Origin: Nemertoderma westbladi
Taxonomy: Eukaryota > Animalia > Xenacoelomorpha
DNA length: 59,102 nt
Assembly (NCBI GenBank): GCA_032718475.1
Contig: JAUCBJ010009118.1
Location: 1 to 59,102 of the forward strand
Direction: 5' to 3'
The translations under genes were made by a program, and so were the position numbers. Positions 12,301 to 21,867 of the stretch are shown piece after piece (position 1 is the first letter of the stretch; every line of letters begins with the position of its first letter). The notes under the pieces are model-generated. The model saw only the letters and a program-made list of their open reading frames with translations. It did not search any database and was not told where the DNA came from.

Positions 12301-15300
12301 TACCATACTCTCCAGTCTCACTAACCTCCTTGAGTGGGAGACCGCGTTTAAACCATCCAACCGCACCCTTTACCATACTCTCCAGTCTCACTAACCTCCT
12401 TGAGTGGGAGACCGCGTTTAAACCACCCAACCGCACCCTTTACCATACTCTCCAGTCTCACTAACCTCCTTGAGTGTGAGACCGCGTTTAAACCATCCAA
12501 CCGCACCCTTTACCATACTCTCCAGTCTCACTAACCTCCTTGAGTGGGAGACCGCGTTTAAACCATCCAACCGCACCCTTTACCATACTCTCCAGTCTCA
12601 CTAACCTCCTTGAGTGGGAGACCGCGTTAAAACCATCCAACCGCACCCTTTACCATACTCTCCAGTCTCACTAACCTCCTTGAGTGGGAGACCGCGTTTA
12701 AACCATCCAACCGCACCCTTTACCATACTCTCCAGTCTCACTAACCTCCTTGAGTGGGAGACCGCGTTTAAACCATCAAACCGCACCCTTTACCATACTC
12801 TCCAGTCTCACTAACCTCCTTGAGTGGGAGACCGCGTTTAAACCATCAAACCGCACCCTTTACCATACTCTCCAGTCTCACTAACCTCCTTGAGTGGGAG
12901 ACCGCGTTTAAACCATCCAACCGCACCCTTTACCATACTCTCTAGTCTCATTAACCTCCTTGAGTGGGAGACCGCGTTTAAACCATCCAACGGCACCCTT
13001 TACCATACTCTCTAGTCTCATTAACCTCCTTGAGTGGGAGACCGCGTTTAAACCATCCAACCGCACCCTTTACCATACTCTATAGTCTCACTAATCTCCT
13101 TGAGTGGGAGACCGCGTTTAAACCATCAAACCGCACCCTTTACCATACTCTCTAGTCTCATTAACCTCCTTGAGTGGAAGACCGCGTTTAAACCATCCAA
13201 CGGCACCCTTTACCATACTCTCCAGTCTTACTAACCTCCTTGAGTGGGAGACCGCGTTTAAACCATCCAACCGCACCCTTTACCATACTCCCCAGTCTCA
13301 CTAACCTCCTTGAGTGGGAGACTGCGTTTAAACCATCCAACCGCACCCTTTACCATACTCTCCAGTCTCACTAACCTCCTTGAGTGGAGACCGCGTTTAA
13401 ACCATCCAACCGCACCCTTTACCATACTCTCCAGACTCACTAACCTCCTTGAGTGGGAGACCGCGTTTAAACCATCCAACCGCACCCTTTACCATACTCT
13501 CCAGTCTCACTAACCCCATTGAGTGGGAGACCGCGTTTAAACCATCCAACCGCACCCTTTACCATACTCTCCAGTCTCACTAACCTCCTTGAGTGGGAGA
13601 CCGCGTTTAAACCATCCAACCGCACCCTTTACCATACTCTCTAGTCTCACTAACCTCCTTGAGTGGGAGACCGCGTTTAAACCATCCAACCGCACCCATT
13701 ACCATACTCTCTAGTCTCACTAACCTCCTTGAGTGGGAGACCGCGTTTAAACCAGCCAACCGCACCCTTTACCATACTCTCCAGTCTCACTAACCTCCTT
13801 GAGTGGGAGACCGCGTTTAAACCATCCAACCGCACCCTTTACCATACTCTCTAGTCTCACTAACCTCCTTGAGTGGGAGACCGCGTTTAAACCATCCAAC
13901 CGCACCCATTACCATACTCTCTAGTCTCACTAACCTCCTTGAGTGGGAGACCGCGTTTAAACCAGCCAACCGCACCCTTTACCATACTCTCTAGTCTCAC
14001 TAACCTCCTTGAGTGGGAGACCGCGTTTAAACCATCCAACCGCACCCTTTACTATACTCTCCAGTCTCACTAACCTCCTTGAGTGGGAGACCGCGTTTAA
14101 ACCATCCAACGGCACCCTTTACCATACTCTCCAGTCTCACTAACCTCCTTGAGTGGGAGACCGCGTTAAAACCATCCAACCGCACCCTTTACCATACTCT
14201 CCAGTCTCACTAACCTCCTTGAGTGGGAGACCGCGTTAAAACCATCCAACGGCACCCTTTACCATACTCTCCAGTCTCACTAACCTCCTTGAGTGGGAGA
14301 CCGCGTTAAAACCATCCAACCGCACCCTTTACTATACTCTCCAGTCTCACTAACCTCCTTGAGTGGGAGACCGCGTTTAAACCATCCAACGGCACCCTTT
14401 ACCATACTCTCCAGTCTCACTAACCTCCTTGAGTGGGAGACCGCGTTTAAACCATCCAACCGCACCCTTTACCATATTCTCCAGTCTCACTAACCTCCTT
14501 GAGTGGGAGACCGCGTTTAAACCAGCCAACCGCACCCTTTACCATACTCTCCAGTCTCACTAACCTCCTTGAGTGGGAGACCGCGTTTAAACCAGCCAAC
14601 CGCACCCTTTACCATACTCTCCAGTCTCATTAACCTCCTTGAGTGGGAGACCGCGTTTAAACCATCCAACCGCACCCTTTACCATACTCTCCAGTCTCAC
14701 TAACCTCCTTGAGTGGGAGACCGCGTTTAAACCATCCAACCGCACCCTTTACCATACTCTCCAGACTCACTAACCTCATTGAGTGTGAGACCGCGTTTAA
14801 ACCATCCAACCGCACCATTTACCATACTCTCCAGACTCACTAACCTCCTTGAGTGGGAGACCGCGTTTAAACCATCCAACCGCACCCTTTACCATACTCT
14901 CCAGACTCACTAACCTCCTTGAGTGGGAGACCGCGTTTAAACCATCCAACCGCACCCTTTACCATACTCTCCAGACTCACTAACCTCCTTGAGTGGGAGA
15001 CCGCGTTTAAACCATCCAACCGCACCCTTTACCATACTCTCCAGTCTCACTAACCTCCTTGAGTGGGAGACCGCGTTTAAACCATCCAACCGCACCCTTT
15101 ACCATACTCTCCAGTCTCACTAACCTCCTTGAGTGGGAGACCGCGTTTAAACCATCCAACCGCACCCTTTACCATACTCTCCAGTCTCACTAACCTCCTT
15201 GAGTGGGAGACCGCGTTTAAACCATCCAACCGCACCCTTTACCATACTCTCTAGTCTCACTAACCTCCTTGAGTGGGAGACCGCGTTTAAACCATCCAAC

Positions 15301-16373
15301 CGCACCCTTCACCATACTCTCCAGACTCACTAATCTCCTTGAGTGGGAGACCGCGTTTAAACCATCAAACCGCACCCTTTACCATACTCTCCAGTCTCAC
15401 TAACCTCCTTGAGTGGGAGACCGCGTTTAAACCATCCAACCGCACCCTTTACCATACTCTCCAGTCTCACTAACCTCCTTGAGTGGGAGACCGCGTTTAA
15501 ACCATCCAACCGCACCCTTTACCATACTCTCCAGTCTCACTAACCTCCTTGAGTGGGAGACCGCGTTTAAACCATCCAACCGCACCCTTTACCATACTCT
15601 CTAGTCTCACTAACCTCCTTGAGTGGGAGACCGCGTTTAAACCATCCAACCGCACCCTTTACCATACTCTCTAGTCTCACTAACCTCCTTGAGTGGGAGA
15701 CCGCGTTTAAACCATCCAACCGCACCCTTTACCATACTCTCTAGTCTCACTAACCTCCTTGAGTGGGAGACCGCGTTTAAACCATCCAACCGCACCCTTT
15801 ACCATACTCTCTAGTCTCATTAACCTCCTTGAGTGGGAGACCGCGTTTAAACCATCCAACCGCACCCATTACCATACTCTCTAGTCTCACTAACCTCCTT
15901 GAGTGGGAGACCGCGTTTAAACCATCCAACCGCACCCTTTACCATACTCTCTAGTCTCACTAACCTCCTTGAGTGGGAGACCGCGTTTAAACCATCCAAC
16001 CGCACCCTTTACCATACTCTCTAGTCTCATTAACCTCCTTGAGTGGGAGACCGCGTTTAAACCATCCAACCGCACCCTTTACCATACTCTCCAGTCTCAC
16101 TAACCTCCTTGAGTGGGAGACCGCGTTTAAACCATCCAACCGCACCCTTTACCATACTATCTAGTCTCACTAACCTCCTTGAGTGGGAGACCGCGTTTAA
16201 ACCATCCAACCGCACCCTTTACCATACTCTCCAGTCTCACTAACCTCCTTGAGTGGGAGACCGCGTTTAAACCATCCAACCGCACCCTTTACCATACTCT
16301 CCAGTCTCACTAACCTCCTTGAGTGGGAGACCGCGTTTAAACCATCCAACCGCACCCTTTACCATACTCTCTA
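9310..16373. repeat. 70-bp tandem satellite, ~100 copies, derived from the exon 4 end and splice donor
   Basis: Unit CTAACCTCCTTGAGTGGGAGACCGCGTTTAAACCATCCAACCGCACCCTTTACCATACTCTCCAGTCTCA, with scattered point variants and one 1-bp deletion near 13386. On the minus strand it reads ..AGT ATG GTA AAG ... AAG GAG|GTTAGT. Confidence 0.97.
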
Positions 16374-16485
16374 GCATCTCTAGTCTCGAGCAGCACTGCA
16401 TACCGGTTGCCAAGAGAGGGGTTATCATTGTAAACCCCTTTCTATTTATTAGAGGGATGACACATCGATATATATTACCAACACT
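16315..16485 (-). CDS. Exon 4 (171 nt, SVGNIYRCVIPL...ITPLLATGMQ...MVKGAVGWFKRGLPLKE)
   Basis: Acceptor ttaattgttgcag|AGT, donor GAG|gttagt, phase 0/0. It contains the macro-type motif TPLLATG. Confidence 0.88.
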
Positions 16486-16610
16486 CTGCAACAATTAAAA
16501 ATACTAACAATATATATTATACGAATATTAATTAATTATAAACGTGATATATTTGTGTTATGTTAATGTTTATTACTAAATACAATACATTTCATTTTAC
16601 TCAAATATAT

Positions 16611-18166
16611 GGGTCAATGCCAACCTTATTGACCAATCAATGTCCCGTACGTGACATAAAATTGAAATTTGTCGAATTTTGAAATTAACTTTGATAATCA
16701 GCCATATTGATAGTTAGTCATATTGCCATATTGAGAATAAATTTATGTCACGTATAGGAAATTTATAAAAGATTTTTCGTACTTTATTGTTCATATTCTT
16801 GAAAATTTGAAGTTAAATGCGTTTAATGCTGGTATTGAGGTGTCCGGCAAGAGATATCAGATCGAAGTTGAAAGTTTTCTAGTAAGAAAAAATATAAAAA
16901 TTCTGTCACAGGTAAGAAATGTTTAAACCAGTGACAACATAAAGTTTCACTTTGTGGGAAACTTTGCCGTGAAAAGTGGGGCTAATGATTTTTTTTCCTG
17001 TTAATAACAAAGTGATACACAAAACTGTTGCATATGGTCAACTGAAAATCGTTATTTTATATCAAATATTTAATTTGTAAATGTAAATATACAGTTTATT
17101 GATGGGACATATTGATGGGACATGTATGGGACATATTGATATGGTATAGAAAGGAATTTACATGGAATTTATTTTCCAATTAAAAACAAATCATAAAATT
17201 CCCCAAACAACTCCTCCGTACTAGAATTTAAATCCAGTTTATCGTCCTTCCCACTGCCAACTCCTGTTCCATTCTCAACTTCCATCCAACTCTCAACTAC
17301 AACTGTCCCAATCTCAAAACCCTTTCCATAAATAGTTAATTTGGTAATAAATTAATTTGGTATGTTGTCAATTAACGGGAAGGAGCAGTTTACAGTTTAT
17401 CTGTGACTGGTAAGCCCCCAACCATTACTTAAATGCAAGTAATTAATTGTTTTGATCATAATTAACACAGTTTTTTCAACCTGGCCAATTAAATGTTTAC
17501 GTAGCAGTCTAACTGATACAACCTATACACGGCAAAACTGTCTGAGAAATGGATGTGGTGATCTAAATCTGTATAATTTCGCATTTTCTGATATGGGACA
17601 CTTTTTTGGACCATTTTGGACACGCTTACGCAATTGATTCATTGCACTGATAAACCACCAAAAAATGCTTATCTAATTGAAACAAATGAGTGGGAGTGTT
17701 AAACACATCGGGTTAATGGCCCATATTTGACAATTTATATGCCATAAAATTAATTATTTACCGAGTGTCACTTCGAGTATGTGACAAAAAATCGGACCAC
17801 GTTAATTTTTTTTGTATTTCTCCAATTTACTACGAAGCTAAGTTTATTTGTTCACAGGAATTATACTCAGCAGGGATATTAATCGTTTGGCACCTGAATT
17901 GGAATTTTAATGGCCTAAATGAGTCCGTAATCACATTAACAAAATTTAAAATGTTCCCCGTTAGTGACAATATTTTTTTTGCAATTCGTTGTAGCTTTTT
18001 CTATAACAAACTGTGGTTGGAGTGTATCACAGCAGGAGGGGACCGATTATAGTGTATCTGGCAATCGAATTATCAAAGCCAGCCGACCATTAATTCTCAA
18101 ATGATTTACATTTATGTATATTTTTTGTCCCGTACGTGACTTGGTCAATGTGGTTGGCATTGACCC
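16611..18166. mobile_element. Non-autonomous DNA transposon with ~26-bp TIRs in intron 3
   Basis: The left end GGGTCAATGCCAACCTTATTGACCAA matches the reverse complement of the right end GGGTCAATGCCAACCACATTGACCAA. Flanks are ATAT and AAAT (possible 4-bp TSD). The subterminal TGTCCCGTACGTGAC occurs at both ends. No transposase ORF is present. Confidence 0.8.
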
Positions 18167-18709
18167 AAATACTCAATAAATAGAGTACAAGACCTACTAA
18201 AGATATTTTTAGTAAGTCATGGTAGGTAGAAGAAAGAGAGTATCAATTTACCAACAACTTACGCAGATATTATCAAAGTACTAAGGTGTAAATTTTGAGT
18301 TCTAAAGTGTAAATTTTGAGTACTAAGGTGTAAATTTTGAGAATTTGTTTATTCTAGAATATTAATTATAAAGCAATTAAAGTCTGTTCGGTTAAAGACG
18401 ACGACCATAAAGACGGTTCGGTTCTAACGATATCTAGATTACATTCAAATGACAAATAAAGCCGACCGAGGTGGCTAAATATGTGGGATCGAAATAGCTT
18501 AGAAATTGAAAATCCGGATCTGCCAGCTATAAGAAAAGTTGTCGAAGTATCATCGTACCAAATTTCATAGAATTTGATTGCAATTTGAAAAAAAATAGGG
18601 GGGGGGGGGTCCGACACCCTAAAAATGGTTGTTGTATTAAAGGAGATGATGTATTATTGTATTCCAGGACATTAGGGCACAGTAGTACCAGAGATTGTAT
18701 TATACTAAC

Positions 18710-18809
18710 CATCGAAGGGCTAACTCCGTCATAAAACTTTTCGAAGGAAATTAATCGCCGGAAAGGATATTTTGAAGGCAACTCTTTGCTACACCAACAC
18801 GAATACTCA
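18710..18809 (-). CDS. Exon 3 (100 nt, EYSCWCSKELPSKYPFRRLISFEKFYDGVSPSM)
   Basis: Acceptor ctattttcag|T, donor ATG|gttagt. It starts in phase 2, matching the end of exon 2 (AA|T = Asn). Confidence 0.88.
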
Positions 18810-18921
18810 CTGAAAATAGAAGAATTAAAATTAATTAAATATCTCAAATGAAATCGGTTTGGCGTCTTGTATTTACAATATGTTTACAATTATATTAAAT
18901 AATGAGAAAAAAATTACTTAC

Positions 18922-19055
18922 TTAGTGAAATCAAACTCCTTATCACGACTTAGTCTCTCAACATTTAACCCAAGCTTGTCATATAATGCACCAACTAAAG
19001 TACCTTTAATTGGACTGTAGTCGTCATTGAATGCTGAAACCACAACAACATCAAC
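18922..19055 (-). CDS. Exon 2 (134 nt, VDVVVVSAFNDDYSPIKGTLVGALYDKLGLNVERLSRDKEFDFT)
   Basis: Acceptor aattttttag|GTT, donor AA|gtaagt. It is too short for the ORF track. It carries the macro-like D-h-h-V-S-A and G-x-L-x-G-A-L motifs. Confidence 0.9.
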
Positions 19056-19499
19056 CTAAAAAATTAAAATAACAATAACGAGTTTTAAATGAGAAAGAAC
19101 ATATGCATCCTATGGTGGGGAAGCCGCACCGCAAACTTGAGCCAATCACATCTACCTGATATAAATTATGATGTAATTTATATATATAAGATATAAAGTA
19201 CTGTTGGCAAAGGTATTCTTACTACAATTGGGGTTGTTTTATTGATTTTAGTTGGTCTCACGGGCAAATATTCATACACAAGTTATTCTTAAATGTTTTG
19301 TTTATCCCAATTCAACCCAAAAATCGGACTTAAAATAAATACTGTGCATTTTCTAAATTTTTCTAATAATTATTTTGCCTCCGTTCCATTAAGAGGGATC
19401 AATTTAGATTGCATATAATAAGCCCCCAACCCACCTGAAAACGTCTGCTTAAGAAAACAACTGCTAACTTATTGTAAGTGTAACTGAACTTAAACTTAC

Positions 19500-19604
19500 C
19501 CCATCTGTCTTCTTGAGTTTTGTAATACAACCAAACCATAGTTGTATATCATGTACCCCAAATTGGGTTTCAATGCGTAAATTATCTTGCAATGTAAGAG
19601 ACAT
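19500..19604 (-). CDS. Exon 1 coding part (105 nt, MSLTLQDNLRIETQFGVHDIQLWFGCITKLKKTDG)
   Basis: ATG at 19604 and a perfect donor GGG|gtaagt. IQLWFGCIT sits at the position of the macro-domain I-x-L-x-x-G-D-I-T motif. Confidence 0.85.
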
Positions 19605-19816
19605 ATTATATATTTCCAGCCCCCAGTGGTTCCGGAAAATAAACCAACTGCAAATTACTACATAAACTGCCGCTACCGTAACGGTACTCTTAGTGTAGTA
19701 TAATATTCTTATTATATGTTTCTCCTAATCCTACAAAATTCGAACCCTGACCTACCACACCCGCCACGCCACCCATCCAGCCATCTGCCCATATCACTAT
19801 CGGAGAATCCGATGTG

Positions 19817-19830
19817 GTTACCATGGCAAC
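19817..19830. promoter_or_regulatory. RFX X-box-like palindrome ~215 bp upstream of the start codon
   Basis: GTTACCATGGCAAC differs from the consensus GTTGCCATGGCAAC at one position. An ETS-like CCGGAA lies at ~19632. Confidence 0.4.
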
Positions 19831-21767
19831 TACTATGAAAAATACATCGTCAAACATTACGAACTACTAAGCGCAAATCACACATACAGACTTCATGACT
19901 TCTGGACTTGCAACTTGATTGATTGATTGTATTTTACACGTACAGACGTAGGCCTAATTCTCAGATTCTGTAATTAGGGTAAACATTTTAAAATACACAA
20001 TAATACATTAGATTACTATGCCTACTGACTGACTGAAGTATAAGTAAACAAATACAGAAGTTATTTAAAAGCACGCAGTCAGGCAGTTATATTACTTACT
20101 ACAGTATAATCTGATAATAAACTGTTTATTCAAAATTTAAATAAAAGGTTCCAGTGTAAGGATAGCCCCATGATGAGGTGTAGACCTCGTTGTGTCGTTT
20201 CCAAGACGTTCCTACAGTCATCAGCATACTGCACTGCTATAACTGACTGACTGATAACAGGATAAATGCATCCCATCACTCCGTCACTGCATTTTTGCAT
20301 CTTACATTACACCGAATGATACCAAATCACAACAAATCACACCAAATCACAAAAAAATTGAAAAGTAAAGGCAGAAAGGTGCAGGTTACTACAATACAGT
20401 TGCAGAGTTGCAGTGGTAGCCAAGCCAGAAGGAACCAATACAATAAACGATTTGAAAAGGGTGTCGTTATAAATGCACTAACACCAAATGGCAGAATGGT
20501 ACGTACGGGGTACAGGGGTAGGTAGGTACCGTAGGCTACAAATCTCATAAATTAATTTAAATAAAATAAATTAAAAAAAAATTACATAAAATACAGAAAT
20601 AGGCCTAATTTAATAAAAATGAAAGGCTGATAGGTAAAATTTAAAGGCTGATAAAAATTAAATTTGCCTTCTCTGTTCTGTCCTTTCTGGCTTTCTTAAG
20701 GCAGGAGGTGGACCTCCTGCCATTTGTTCCCGCAATTTCAGAATTTAGTTGCGGACGTTGTGGTTGTGCCTTACAGGTTGCAGCCTTAAGTCACTTTGGA
20801 ATTTTTTATTTGACATTAAATCAGTTAAAAACAAGCACTAAAGATAGCATTAAAATATAACATATGAAGTGTAAGGAAAAGGTAAAGGCAATAAACCAAT
20901 GCACAGTATGGTATTCAACATGTCCTAGAAAATGTATTTTAACGGAAAACAGTACAAAACAAACATAGATAAATAAAACGCATTAATTTTTATTGTCCGT
21001 TTAAATCATGCCTAAATAAAATGACCTTCAATAAATTTTAAACACTATTTACAACATAATTATGATAAGACATTTCTATTTCAGGATTTAGGACCAACAA
21101 ACTTAGTGGATACGAGATGAAAGGTGTAAGTGCAGCAACTATAAAAATTATTGAAATTTTACTAAAAATTATTGTAATTATGATAAGGGATTTAGGACCA
21201 TACGAAGACAGTGGATACGAGGTGCAAGGTATAAATAAAAGAAACAACAACAGAATAATTATAAAAACGTTCGACACCAATAAAATCTATATTTTATGAA
21301 CTGTATTTATTTCTATTGTCTTACTAAAAATATTATTTACTGTAGTTATTTATAATATGTTTACCGCGGTAAGTTAGAAATTATAAATACACAATGCATA
21401 TATTATATATACTGAGACTTAATTACAGAATTAAGCAGTGATTTGCCGTCGAGGATAACCCCATGAGACTATGTCTCGTTTTCATGAGGGTCCTCACTAT
21501 ATCAGGAAATATTAAAATCGATAAAGGTTCTATGAAGTTGATACATATAGTATTATATAGTGTGTTACATATGTACATTATTGCAAATAAGTTTAAGTCG
21601 AATTGCAATAATTTAGGAAGAGCTTGAGTGTGATAAAATAAATAATATAAAACACAATTAGGCGAATAAATATAAATATTACTAATAACTATGACTAATA
21701 TCCGTTAAGTTAAAATATTCTGGGCATAGGAGTTTCACTCATAACTTTTAGCAAGGAGTTTTCCTCC

Positions 21768-21867
21768 NNNNNNNNNNNNNNNNNNNNNNNNNNNNNNNNN
21801 NNNNNNNNNNNNNNNNNNNNNNNNNNNNNNNNNNNNNNNNNNNNNNNNNNNNNNNNNNNNNNNNNNN
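21768..21867. other. Assembly gap (100 N)
   Basis: A run of exactly 100 N, typical of a scaffolding placeholder. Confidence 0.99.

Noticed and set aside
9190-14493. Many 60-75-aa ORFs in the 70-bp array
   Set aside because: They are frame-cycling artefacts of the repeat. Only the SMVKG...LKE segment has a coding origin (exon 4).
1-16373. 48-bp and 70-bp arrays as CRISPR arrays
   Set aside because: The units are head-to-tail with no unique spacers, there are no cas genes, and the context is eukaryotic.
1-16373. BsmBI (GAGACG), BsaI (GAGACC) and PmeI (GTTTAAAC) sites in the repeat units suggesting synthetic DNA
   Set aside because: The 70-bp unit is explained by native exon sequence and carries natural variants. 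No vector sequence is present.
20140-20240. Minus-strand VQYADDC as an RT active site
   Set aside because: An isolated short match with no flanking RT motifs; at most a very decayed remnant.
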